DNA from: Thalassolituus maritimus
GTDB lineage: Bacteria; Pseudomonadota; Gammaproteobacteria; Pseudomonadales; Oceanobacteraceae
Assembly: GCF_913019975.1 (NCBI RefSeq)
Contig: NZ_CAJWBH010000015.1
DNA length: 64,000 bases
Reading direction: 5' to 3' (one strand)
Both the position numbers and the translations under genes were made by a program. Positions 45,672 to 55,740 of the stretch are shown here, piece by piece (position 1 is the stretch's first letter; every line of letters starts with the position of its first letter). The notes under the pieces are model-generated. The model saw nothing but the letters and a program-made list of their open reading frames with translations. It ran no database searches and was not told the origin of the DNA.

Positions 45672-45729
45672 TTAAGTTAGCTTATTCGTGCTTAAGCTTA
45701 ATAGCCTGGCTGGGGTTAAGTAAAGTTAA
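45672..45729. promoter_or_regulatory. operator-like inverted repeats upstream of the Cro-DAHP ORF
   Basis: TTAAG-TTAG-CTTAT (45672-45685), TTAAGCTTAA (45692-45701), TTAAG-TAAA-GTTAA (45716-45729). Confidence 0.5.
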
Positions 45730-45732
45730 TTT

Positions 45733-45912
45733 TTAGCGAAGACGGCTTTGAATGTCCTTGAATCGTTCTACTTTATTTCTTTCGAAAAGCATTGGCTCGC
45801 TGCCTCCTGATGAGTCGAGGAGTCCCTCGCGAGCATAGCGCTTAACTGTCACAGTTTTGATTTCGAGGTACTTTGCGACTTCTTCGATGGTCATAAGTTG
45901 TTGGTCAGACAT
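45733..45912 (-). CDS. HTH_17 / excisionase-like small DNA-binding protein, 59 aa (absent from ORF track)
   Basis: Hand translation MSDQQLMTIEEVAKYLEIKTVTVKRYAREGLLDSSGGSEPMLFERNKVERFKDIQSRLR*; AAGGAG SD. Confidence 0.82.
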   Translation of the reverse strand: MSDQQLMTIEEVAKYLEIKTVTVKRYAREGLLDSSGGSEPMLFERNKVERFKDIQSRLR

Positions 45913-46047
45913 GCTCGCACTCCTTTATGTATATGCACTGGAGTAAGAGTTTAGTCAGGATTTGACAGCGTGTTGGCGGGCGGTGGTTCGTTGCGCCTGA
46001 CTCAGCTGACAGAGCAGGCGCTTTGTTTGGTTGGGGCGCAAGTATTG

Positions 46048-46821
46048 TTACTGGAACATGTACCGTGCACCCATGAAAAACAGAATGCTTGCAAGAGCAG
46101 GGCGCAGTATTGCGTCAGGAACCTTGCGGCTGATCATGCTTCCGAAGTGGATGGCTGGAATGGAACCCAGGAGCAGTGCGCCGAGTAGTTGGAAGTCGAC
46201 ATTGCCAAGGCCCAGGTGGATAAGGCCAGCAGCGAGTGTCAGTGGAACGGCGTGAGCGATATCGGTGCCGACGATGTGAGTGCCCCGGAGTGCAGGGTAG
46301 AGAATCATGAGGATGGCTGTACCAATAGCGCCAGCGCCGACAGACGAGAGTGTAACGAATATGCCGAGCAGGATGCCCATGACGATAGTTGCGGCTGGTC
46401 TGAATCGACTCAGGTTGCGGGCGTTGCGGGCCGCCGCAAAGGCTTGAATGCGTGTTCTCATGAAGATAACGACGGCAGTCATGACCAGCATGATGCCGAG
46501 GGCGTTTTTCAGCAGGTGGCCGTAGTCTTCAGCGTCATTGAAGAACACGTGAAGAAGGGCGCCGGTAATTAGTGCGGCGGGTATTGAGCCAGCAGCAAGA
46601 AGTTTGACCAACCCCCAATTGACGTGCTTTTGTCTGTGATGGCTATACGCTCCGCCGGCCTTCGTTAATGCCGCGTAGAGCAGATCGGTTCCGACAGCGG
46701 TATGCGCTGGGAAGCCAAAGCTGAGCAGAAGTGGCGTCATCAATGCGCCGCCACCAATGCCGGTCATGCCTACAATAAAGCCGACGGCAGCGCCGGCACC
46801 GATATAAAGCAGAAAATCCAT
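46048..46821 (-). CDS. TauE/SafE sulfite exporter family
   Basis: GMTGIGGGALMTP, AVGTDL, SSVGAGAIG, VGTDIAHAVPL. Confidence 0.9.
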   Translation of the reverse strand: MDFLLYIGAGAAVGFIVGMTGIGGGALMTPLLLSFGFPAHTAVGTDLLYAALTKAGGAYSHHRQKHVNWGLVKLLAAGSIPAALITGALLHVFFNDAEDYGHLLKNALGIMLVMTAVVIFMRTRIQAFAAARNARNLSRFRPAATIVMGILLGIFVTLSSVGAGAIGTAILMILYPALRGTHIVGTDIAHAVPLTLAAGLIHLGLGNVDFQLLGALLLGSIPAIHFGSMISRKVPDAILRPALASILFFMGARYMFQ

Positions 46822-46938
46822 CTGAGTCGTCTAATCTGGGTGCGTATAGTACAGAATGCGACAATGTAGAGGTTGTCATCTATTCTGGAAAGGAATATTT
46901 GTTTATATTTTTATAACTCGAATAGCGTTTTGTCGTAA

Positions 46939-47925
<987 letters not shown>

Positions 47926-47959
47926 CCGCAGCAGGGGGGCTCGATAGAAGGCGCTTGTT

Positions 47960-48688
47960 TCAGCCCTTTGAGATGATGTTGCCTGCGTGGAGTCCGCACT
48001 CTTTGTGGGTTGCTTCCTCCCACCACCAGCGACCTTCACGCTCGTGTTGGTTTGGCAGTGTGGCTCTGGTGCAGGGTTCGCAGCCGATGCTGACGAAGCC
48101 TTTCTGGTGAAGCTCGTTGTATGGAACGTCGAACATTTTTATGTATTCCCAGACCTGAGCCGAAGTCCAGTGAGCGAGCGGGTTATACTTGGTTAGTGTT
48201 TCGCCCCGTCCTTTGAAGGCGCTATCCAGTTCTATAATCGATACGTCTGATCGTGTCCCTGGGCTCTGGTCGCGACGTTGACCCGTTATCCATGCGTCCA
48301 GTTCAGTCAGCTTGTTGCGTAGTGGGGCGATTTTGCGAACGCCACAGCACTCCTGGTGCCCATCTTCGTAAAAGCTGAACAGGCCTTTCTCTTTAACGAA
48401 TGCCTGCAGTGCAGCTTGCTCTGGAGTGCGGACATCAATGTTGATGCCGTAGTGTTTACGTACTTTCTCGATAAATTGGTACGTCTCTGGGTGTAGTCGC
48501 CCGGTGTCCAGTGTGAAAATGTCTACCTCTGGGTTAATTTTTACTGCCATGTCGACCAGGATGACATCTTCCGCGCCGCTGAATGAAACGGCGATGGCGT
48601 CGTGGTTTTCAATGGCGTGACGAATGATGTCCTTTGGGCGTTTGTCTTCAAACTGAGTGTTCAGTTCTGCAATCTGGTCGTCTCTCAT
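47960..48688 (-). CDS. cysH: APS/PAPS reductase (4Fe-4S type)
   Basis: SFSGAED, LDTGRLH, CC plus CEPC cluster ligands, C-terminal ECGLH. Confidence 0.93.
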   Translation of the reverse strand: MRDDQIAELNTQFEDKRPKDIIRHAIENHDAIAVSFSGAEDVILVDMAVKINPEVDIFTLDTGRLHPETYQFIEKVRKHYGINIDVRTPEQAALQAFVKEKGLFSFYEDGHQECCGVRKIAPLRNKLTELDAWITGQRRDQSPGTRSDVSIIELDSAFKGRGETLTKYNPLAHWTSAQVWEYIKMFDVPYNELHQKGFVSIGCEPCTRATLPNQHEREGRWWWEEATHKECGLHAGNIISKG

Positions 48689-48856
48689 CGGTGTATCCGG
48701 TCGTTGTATTTTCGGTGAATATTATCATGGGGGTTCTTAGGTCAAATAATACTAAAAAAGAATACTCTTATTCATCTGCTTGCTAATTCGTTGTGTTTGC
48801 CCGGATGAGTGGTAGAGTAGCGGCCTTTATTACCTGAATGAATTGATGGGGACTCC

Positions 48857-49474
48857 ATGGAAATCGCATGTCTTGACCTTGAAGGTGTACTGGTACCTGA
48901 GATCTGGATTGAATTTGCAAACAAAACGGGCATTGAAGAGTTGAAAGCAACTACTCGTGATATTCCTGATTACGACGTTCTGATGAAACAACGTCTGGCG
49001 CTACTCGATCAGCACGGTTTTAAACTGCAGGATATTCAGGAAGTGATCGCAACTCTTAAGCCACTTGACGGAGCGCGTGAGTTTGTTGATTGGCTGCGTG
49101 AGCGTTTTCAGGTCATCATTCTGTCTGACACTTTCTATGAGTTTTCTCAGCCGCTGATGCGTCAATTGGGTTTTCCGACTTTGTTCTGTCATCGCCTTGT
49201 GGCGGACGAAGAGGGGCGTGTGGTTGACTATAAACTTCGCCAGGCTGATCCTAAGCGCCAGTCTATCCGTGCCCTGCAAACGATCTATTATCGTACGATT
49301 GCCGCAGGCGACTCCTACAACGACACCACTATGCTGGCAGAGGCTGATGCGGGTATTCTCTTTCACGCTCCGCAGAACGTAATCGAGGAATTTCCACAAT
49401 TTCCGGCCGTTCATACCTATGAAGACCTGAAAAAGGAATTCATTAAGGCGAGCAATCGCGAGTTGACCCTCTGA
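48857..49474 (+). CDS. thrH: phosphoserine phosphatase / homoserine phosphotransferase
   Basis: CLDLEGVLVPEIW, TTRDIPDYD, AGDSYND. Confidence 0.95.
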   Translation: MEIACLDLEGVLVPEIWIEFANKTGIEELKATTRDIPDYDVLMKQRLALLDQHGFKLQDIQEVIATLKPLDGAREFVDWLRERFQVIILSDTFYEFSQPLMRQLGFPTLFCHRLVADEEGRVVDYKLRQADPKRQSIRALQTIYYRTIAAGDSYNDTTMLAEADAGILFHAPQNVIEEFPQFPAVHTYEDLKKEFIKASNRELTL

Positions 49475-49481
49475 TCAGGCA

Positions 49482-50753
49482 CTAAAGCGGGGTGTCGAGT
49501 ATCTTCGTCACCTTGTTCAGAATCTCCTGATATTCGTCGTCGGCATCGCTGTCGATGACGAGTCCTCCGCCACCCCAGCATGTTGCTCCATCTTCTTTGG
49601 CTTCGATCGTGCGTATCAGTATGTTGAAGTCGCACTGTCCGCTGTCGTCGATGTAGCCCATAGAGCCACAGTAGGCTCCGCGTTCTGCGGGTTCCAGCTC
49701 ATTGATGATTTCCATAGCGCGTTTCTTCGGTGCCCCTGTTATCGATCCTCCCGGAAAGGTCGCTTTGATCGCTTCTGCAGCGGGGGTGTTCGCTCTTAGT
49801 GTGGCTGTGATGGTGGAAACAAGATGGTGCACATTGGAGTGCGACTCGAGCGTGAATAGCTCCGGGACCGATACGCTTCCGGGTTCTGCGTGTATGCTCA
49901 GGTCGTTTCGCAGCAAATCTACGATCATCAGGTTCTCGGCCTGATTTTTTGGACTCTCTTTTAGTGAAAAGGCGAGGCGATTGTCTTCTGCAGGGTCTGG
50001 GTGCCTGGGAGCGGTGCCCTTGATTGGGCGTGTCTCAAGTAGCAATTCATGAGTATTGGTATTGTCGTTAGGCGAGGGGGTGACTTTCAGGAGTCTCTCT
50101 GGAGATACGCTGATTATCGTGCGGTCACTGTCTTTGAATATGCAGCCGTGAGGTGCGTCAAAAGATTCCAGTAACTCGGAGGGGTCGCCGTCTCTCAGGT
50201 CGTCTTTGCAGTAGAAGGCCGTGGCAAGGTTGATCTGGTAGCAGTCACCGCTCAATAGGTAATCACGGACTTTTGCAAAGTTCTCCACATACTTCGATTT
50301 TGTCTCGCAAGGCGCCCATTTTCTTTGTTTGCGGGCAGGTACAGCTGCTGTTGAGTGGAAGTTCAAGGCCTTTAGGTAGTTTGACGCTGTATTGGCTGAG
50401 ATTGGCTCGTAGGCCTGGATGACGCAGTAATCACTGTCAGGATCGATCAGAAGTGAAGAGTTGTAGCGTCGGAATATGATTTCGCCCTGGCTGTTCGGAT
50501 AGTTCAGTAAACCGATCCAGCCTGCGACAAAGCCGTTGGTGCTGCAGTCTTTACTTGCTTTTGCTTGTGGAAACCCACTGATGGTATCTGCAATATCGAT
50601 TGCGAGGACATACTTCGCTTTAAAGTGATCTGCTTCTGTCAAATTTAAGTAATGGCGTTGCCTGTGTGGAATGGTTAACAAACTGAAGTTGTCCAGTTGC
50701 GACAGGTTTTTCAGTATGTTAGCGCCGGGTAGCTCTATTTTGTGGGTGAACAT
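49482..50753 (-). CDS. pabB: aminodeoxychorismate synthase component I
   Basis: GDCYQINL, SPE, TRPIKGT, ENLMIVDLLRND, FPGGSITGAPK; start uncertain (50753 or 50837); divergent N-terminus. Confidence 0.8.
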   Translation of the reverse strand: MFTHKIELPGANILKNLSQLDNFSLLTIPHRQRHYLNLTEADHFKAKYVLAIDIADTISGFPQAKASKDCSTNGFVAGWIGLLNYPNSQGEIIFRRYNSSLLIDPDSDYCVIQAYEPISANTASNYLKALNFHSTAAVPARKQRKWAPCETKSKYVENFAKVRDYLLSGDCYQINLATAFYCKDDLRDGDPSELLESFDAPHGCIFKDSDRTIISVSPERLLKVTPSPNDNTNTHELLLETRPIKGTAPRHPDPAEDNRLAFSLKESPKNQAENLMIVDLLRNDLSIHAEPGSVSVPELFTLESHSNVHHLVSTITATLRANTPAAEAIKATFPGGSITGAPKKRAMEIINELEPAERGAYCGSMGYIDDSGQCDFNILIRTIEAKEDGATCWGGGGLVIDSDADDEYQEILNKVTKILDTPL

Positions 50754-51096
50754 TACAGGCCATTCAGTTGGGTTTGTGGGTGTGTAACTATTTGAAAAAT
50801 ATAGATTTTTCTCGAGTTCTTTACCTGTATTATACATCCAGGGCTATTTCGTAACCATTACTCCGTAACTTTGTGTGAAAAAAGGGTAGACATCTGCAAA
50901 TCAACATAATAGATTGGTCGCAAGTCTCGTGTAGCGGGGCTTAATTCGAAAGCTTGCTGGTAGTTTTTAAGACAGTAAGCAAATTGAAAATCGACCATTC
51001 AGGCGGGTGACACCACAAGGTGAAACAAGTAGGATGGTCAACGGGTAAGCTGAAAGACCCGCTGTACTACATAAAAACAATCAGGAGTGTGCACAA

Positions 51097-51864
51097 ATGA
51101 AATTCCTCAAGAAAGCTTCTCTGGCTGCATCTATCGCCGCTGTATCTTTCGCTGCTAACGCTGAGCTGGTAGCAATGGACGAAATGGCAATGGCTGCTGC
51201 TACTGGTCAGGCTGGTATCGATCTGGATATTACTCTGTCTGATGTCGATGCCATTTCTATCGGTGAAGTTCTGTATACCGATACTGTCGACGGCGTAACT
51301 GTTGGTGGCGGTTCTTTGGCAATTAGCAATATCATCGTTGGTTCTGCAGATGGTTCTGATATTACTATCTTCAACGCAATCGACATTGATGAAACTGGTT
51401 CTATCATCATGGATAGCTCTGCGACTGATCTGTCAGGCCTGCGTGTACGTATCGGTAACGTTGAAACTCGCACTGATGCTGGCCTTTCTGCTGCTAACCT
51501 GGCGCGTAACGTTGACGTTACTATGGATGTTCAGGGTGGCGTTACTACAATTGCACAGTCTGGTACGGATACTACCATTACTTCAGTTGGTGGTTCTGTT
51601 GAAGTTACCTCAGGTAGCATGACGCTGTTGAACGACGCGATTGGCATTACTGATCTGCGTGTATACGGTACTGGCGGTGTTGGTACTGGTATTAGCACTG
51701 ACTCTACTCTGACCTTCAATGGCGACGGTATCTCTATCACAGGTCTTGACCTGGCTGGTACTATCGAGATTGGTGACTTGGCTCTGGGTGGATCTTCTAT
51801 CGGTTCAGTTGCTATCTCTGATATCGCTCTGAACGGTGCGGCTGTAACCATCTCTGGTCGCTAA
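51097..51864 (+). CDS. DUF6160 / FilA-like secreted fibre subunit
   Basis: Signal peptide then 'ELVAMDEMAMAAATGQAGIDL'; Gly/Thr/Ser/Asp-rich beta strands; AGGAG SD. Confidence 0.72.
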   Translation: MKFLKKASLAASIAAVSFAANAELVAMDEMAMAAATGQAGIDLDITLSDVDAISIGEVLYTDTVDGVTVGGGSLAISNIIVGSADGSDITIFNAIDIDETGSIIMDSSATDLSGLRVRIGNVETRTDAGLSAANLARNVDVTMDVQGGVTTIAQSGTDTTITSVGGSVEVTSGSMTLLNDAIGITDLRVYGTGGVGTGISTDSTLTFNGDGISITGLDLAGTIEIGDLALGGSSIGSVAISDIALNGAAVTISGR

Positions 51865-51876
51865 GTTCGCTTAGCG
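51859..51876 (+). other. UUCG-loop hairpin over the filA-like stop codon
   Basis: cgctaag-ttcg-cttagcg. Confidence 0.6.
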
Positions 51877-51885
51877 TCTAGAAAG

Positions 51886-51911
51886 AAAGCCCGCTCCGGC
51901 GGGCTTTTTTT
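51886..51911 (+). terminator. intrinsic terminator after the filA-like gene
   Basis: aaagcccgc-tccg-gcgggcttt plus T tract. Confidence 0.85.
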
Positions 51912-52053
51912 ATGTCTGTATTTAATGAAAAAGAGCGAAAAAACCTGATTTATCAGTGAATTATACTTGGTTGGGCTAAATTGTTTCTGTAACATAGGAT
52001 AACGATACAAATTATAATAAAAATATAAAGGGGGAGGCCGAGGCCTTAGAATC

Positions 52054-52995
52054 GTGCTGATTATTCTCTTAGGATCTGTTATCGGGTTCGCCATGGCACA
52101 TGAGCTTGCCATTGTGAATGAGCGAGAGCAGGGGGACACCGTTGTTCGTGTGGCCGTCGGTGAAGACTATCAGGAAGATATGGTAGTTAATGTCGAACCT
52201 CTCGCTGCGAAAAAATTCAAAAATGTCGTGCGTCAGGTGTATGACTATTCCTGTGGCTCTGCTGCCCTGACGACACTTCTCGACTTTTACTTGGGTAGGA
52301 ACTTCCAGGAACGTCAGGTGATGGAAGGTTTGCTGCGATTCGGTGAGACTGAACGAATCGTAGAGCGTCGGGGTTTCTCAATGTTAGACATGAAGCGCTT
52401 AGTTACGGCGCTCGGTCATCCATCAGGGGGGTTCAAGGCGGAAGCATCCGACCTTGAAACTTTAGATCACCCAGCTATCGCACCGATTCAGTATGCGGGA
52501 TTTAAACATTTTGTTGTTATCCGCACGGTGTACGATGGCCGGGTTTACGTTGCCGACCCTGCATTGGGCAACATCTCTTTTACTCTTCATCGTTTTCTCG
52601 AAGTCTGGGATAACAACGTTCTCTTTATAGTGTTCCCGAATGGCCATAAGCCCGCGAGCGGCTTAGAGCTGCATGAAGAGGATATGCGCTTTGTTTCAGA
52701 TCATATTATTGCTGAGAATGCCTTTAAAGAGTTTCCAATGTTGCATGTCAAATCTGAGCACCAGCTGCAGAATGCGATTTATGCTTCATTTAATAACGCC
52801 GAATACGAATATCGCTTAAAAGTAGATGAGAATGGCGATGCTGTTGTGGGGGATGACGGCTCATTCGTATTTGAAACTGAAATCAAAACTGCTGAAGACG
52901 GCGGCGATCCGGATAACTTCAATATCCTGGTCACCGATGGCCTTGTCGAAGATGGCCAAGGTATTAATAAGTCTCTCCGTTACAGAAGAAAATAA
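52054..52995 (+). CDS. C39-family cysteine peptidase (FilB/FapD-like)
   Basis: RQ.YDYSCGSAAL (Cys), KHFVV (His), VADP (Asp), GFSMLDMKR. Confidence 0.88.
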   Translation: MLIILLGSVIGFAMAHELAIVNEREQGDTVVRVAVGEDYQEDMVVNVEPLAAKKFKNVVRQVYDYSCGSAALTTLLDFYLGRNFQERQVMEGLLRFGETERIVERRGFSMLDMKRLVTALGHPSGGFKAEASDLETLDHPAIAPIQYAGFKHFVVIRTVYDGRVYVADPALGNISFTLHRFLEVWDNNVLFIVFPNGHKPASGLELHEEDMRFVSDHIIAENAFKEFPMLHVKSEHQLQNAIYASFNNAEYEYRLKVDENGDAVVGDDGSFVFETEIKTAEDGGDPDNFNILVTDGLVEDGQGINKSLRYRRK

Positions 52996-53013
52996 TAAAA
53001 GGTAAGCAGAATC

Positions 53014-54045
53014 ATGAAACGCTCCGGAATTTTATCGCTGACTTTGTTGCTGGCTGCTGTGAATGGCGCTTACGCAGATACCGCTGAAGAAATGGACAAG
53101 GCTCGCGAGGCTCTTTCAAAACAGGACAGTGATGCTGATACTGAGAAAGCACTTGAGGAAGTGTTTGAGGCGGCGGAAAAGAACTATTCCTTGCTGAAAA
53201 AAGGCGGGATGTCTCTCAACTATAACTTCGACTACAGCTATTATGGTGACCAGCGCATAGACCTCAATGTTGAGGACTCTCGCGTTCGTAGTGTTGATGT
53301 AAGTCCAGTTGCAAGCCATTCATTTACGAATAGCTTTGCGTTTGATTACGGCCTGTTTAACAACCTGACACTCGGTGTTCGCCTGCCGTTGGTTTCCAAG
53401 TTTGAAACGCAGGACGAGCTTTCCGGTTACGGCGTGGGTGATATCAGCGGTACTGTTCGCTGGCAGCCAGCTGAGTATATTCCGGGTAAAGCATCCAGAA
53501 CGTATTTCGGTTCTCTTCGTGTACCGACCGGTCAGTCGCCTTACGAAATTGATGAAAATGAAGCGCTTTCCACAGGGTCGGGTACATTTGGCTTGAGTGG
53601 CGGTTTGAGTACTTCTAAAGTTCTTGATCCGGTTGTCTTGTTCGGCTCACTCTCAGCGGGTTATGACCTTCCCGCTACTGATCTGAACCAGGTGCGTGGT
53701 GATCAGCTGCTGCAAGAAGTGAATAATAAGGGCAATATCTCAGCCTCTATGGGTTTTGCTTACTCGCTTTCATACGATGTTTCTCTGAGTGCATCTTTCC
53801 AGGGGTCTTACTCTATGGGAAGCGAATTTGTTCTGTATCGCCCTTCAACTGGTCAGGAGACTCGTTCTGAAACGACCGGCCAAATGACCGGCATTATGAA
53901 CTTCGCCTTAGGTGTGCGCGTATCCCCAAAAACGATCGCAAACGTAAACGTCGGCTTTGGTATGACGGAGCTTTCTCCTGATATCCTGCTGGGACTGTCA
54001 TTGCCTATTGATATTGAGGGTGCAAAACCTTCAGAGGGCAACTAA
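53014..54045 (+). CDS. outer-membrane transporter (FilC/FapF-like)
   Basis: Signal peptide, N-terminal coiled coil, G.GD, PTG.SPY, GSG, LDPVVLFG, VNVGFG.T..SPD. Confidence 0.78.
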   Translation: MKRSGILSLTLLLAAVNGAYADTAEEMDKAREALSKQDSDADTEKALEEVFEAAEKNYSLLKKGGMSLNYNFDYSYYGDQRIDLNVEDSRVRSVDVSPVASHSFTNSFAFDYGLFNNLTLGVRLPLVSKFETQDELSGYGVGDISGTVRWQPAEYIPGKASRTYFGSLRVPTGQSPYEIDENEALSTGSGTFGLSGGLSTSKVLDPVVLFGSLSAGYDLPATDLNQVRGDQLLQEVNNKGNISASMGFAYSLSYDVSLSASFQGSYSMGSEFVLYRPSTGQETRSETTGQMTGIMNFALGVRVSPKTIANVNVGFGMTELSPDILLGLSLPIDIEGAKPSEGN

Positions 54046-54096
54046 TCAGTCATGACTGATAAAACGATAATAAATAACAGTTTGTGGCGGTTTAAT

Positions 54097-55740
54097 ATGC
54101 GGAAGTTAGCGCTGTTAGCGATGCTGGTTCCAGGAGTGGCAAATGCTGAACTCCTGCAGAACTTATTTATCGACAACAAAGCCATGTCCTTGGGGAACGC
54201 AGTAACAGCAGACCCTACCGGAATCATGGATATTCACTTTAACCCTGCTGGTCTGACTAAGCTTGATGGGCGTCAGTTTCAGTTGCAGTTCAATAACATT
54301 ATTCTGAACTCTGAAGCTGAATTCAGTTTGCCTGATGATTTTGACCCTGGGGAGGCGGGTTTGCTCGACCCTTCCAAAGATCCTGTGTTGAACGAAGGCA
54401 AAAGTAGAGCGCACGTCGCTGCGTATTTTCCTGGAATAGGCCGTCAGGGTATTCCATTGCCTATCATTGCTCTGCCAACGGCGGGGTTCTCTATTAAGCC
54501 GCCGGGCTCAAAATTTACCTTTGCAAATGCTGTCTATGCGCCAATGGCTGCAGGCTTCTCGAAGGGAGATGATGATCCGGGGCGTTATCAGGCGAAAGAA
54601 GTTGCAATTCAGCGGCTTACTTATTTGTCGCCATCATTTGGTTATCAGGTAAATGATGAATTCTCTGTTGGCGCAGGTCTCCTGTTTTCACACCAGGCTG
54701 TGTCTTTAGAGCAGGAACTTCGTGCACCAAACGTGTTGGTCGGTGTGCTCGAGGAGCTGCAAAATGCTTTTGGCTGTCTCGAACCCGATGAAAATGGCAA
54801 CCCCAAACGGAATGATCCGCTGGCGCCTTTTATTACGCTGTGTGGTGGTGACGTTGGTCCCTACGATGATATTGGCACGCTTGATATCACTATGACTGAG
54901 TCGCTGTCTCCATCGTTTAACCTTGGTATGCTTTGGGAACCTAATGGTTGGTTTAAGTTTGGTATGTCATATCAAAGTGAGGCGAATACCAAGCTGACCG
55001 GTGATTACGAGCTTGAGTATACGGACGACTTTGCGGACTTTTTCCGTACCTTTAACTCATCGATTATTGGTGCTGTGACTGGCGCGATTTTCTCTTTCCC
55101 GCAAGGGCAGACTTATGAGTCTGGTTATGTGACGTCAGAGCTGACCTATCCTCAGCATTTTCAGGCGGGTGTGAAGTTCAAGTATTTTGATATATTTCAC
55201 TTCAATCTGGATGCTGGCTGGACCGACTTCGATGAATGGGACAGCTTAGACATCCAGTTTGACCGTCAGGTGAGCTTCCTTTCTACGGCTAAAATCCTGT
55301 CGCCGGATTTGGTAACTGATACCACTCTGGAAATGCCTCTGAACTTCCGTAGTGTCTGGACATACAATATTGGTATGGCGATGGATCTTAACTCACGTAT
55401 ACAGCTGCGTGCTGGTTTTGAACCCCGTCGTAGCTCAATTCCTAAGGATTCGCGTAGCCTGCAGGCGCCGATTGGCTTTATGCGTATGTACGCTGTCGGC
55501 CTTGGCTACCAGTGGGACCTGGATACTACCATCGACCTGTCGATGAGTTTTATGAAATCAGTTGAGCATATCAAGGCGGATCCGCAGGACGCGAGTTCTA
55601 ATAATGAGTATCCGAATTCAAGTAACTCTCTTAACCGTAACTGTCTTACATGCGTTGTTACCAACCCTTACCCAGGGCTCGATGTCGACACCAAGTTGAC
55701 CATTGGGCACGCGGGTATCAGCTTCAGGACCAAGTTCTGA
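54097..55740 (+). CDS. OmpP1/FadL-family outer-membrane barrel (FilD-like)
   Basis: AMSLGNAVTADP.G...HFNPAGL, LTYLSP..GYQV, C-terminal Phe; alternative start 54052. Confidence 0.78.
   Translation: MRKLALLAMLVPGVANAELLQNLFIDNKAMSLGNAVTADPTGIMDIHFNPAGLTKLDGRQFQLQFNNIILNSEAEFSLPDDFDPGEAGLLDPSKDPVLNEGKSRAHVAAYFPGIGRQGIPLPIIALPTAGFSIKPPGSKFTFANAVYAPMAAGFSKGDDDPGRYQAKEVAIQRLTYLSPSFGYQVNDEFSVGAGLLFSHQAVSLEQELRAPNVLVGVLEELQNAFGCLEPDENGNPKRNDPLAPFITLCGGDVGPYDDIGTLDITMTESLSPSFNLGMLWEPNGWFKFGMSYQSEANTKLTGDYELEYTDDFADFFRTFNSSIIGAVTGAIFSFPQGQTYESGYVTSELTYPQHFQAGVKFKYFDIFHFNLDAGWTDFDEWDSLDIQFDRQVSFLSTAKILSPDLVTDTTLEMPLNFRSVWTYNIGMAMDLNSRIQLRAGFEPRRSSIPKDSRSLQAPIGFMRMYAVGLGYQWDLDTTIDLSMSFMKSVEHIKADPQDASSNNEYPNSSNSLNRNCLTCVVTNPYPGLDVDTKLTIGHAGISFRTKF

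Noticed and set aside
45400-46050. Intact prophage or integrative element
   Set aside because: Only a cro-like domain and an HTH_17 gene are present; there is no integrase, cI, structural gene, tRNA or att repeat, and the flanks are core genes.
50895-50945. c-di-GMP-I riboswitch upstream of the filA-like gene (GCAAA..GTCGCAAG..TAGCGGGG fragments)
   Set aside because: It lacks the GAAA-capped P2 and there is no room for P3; the match is fragmentary.
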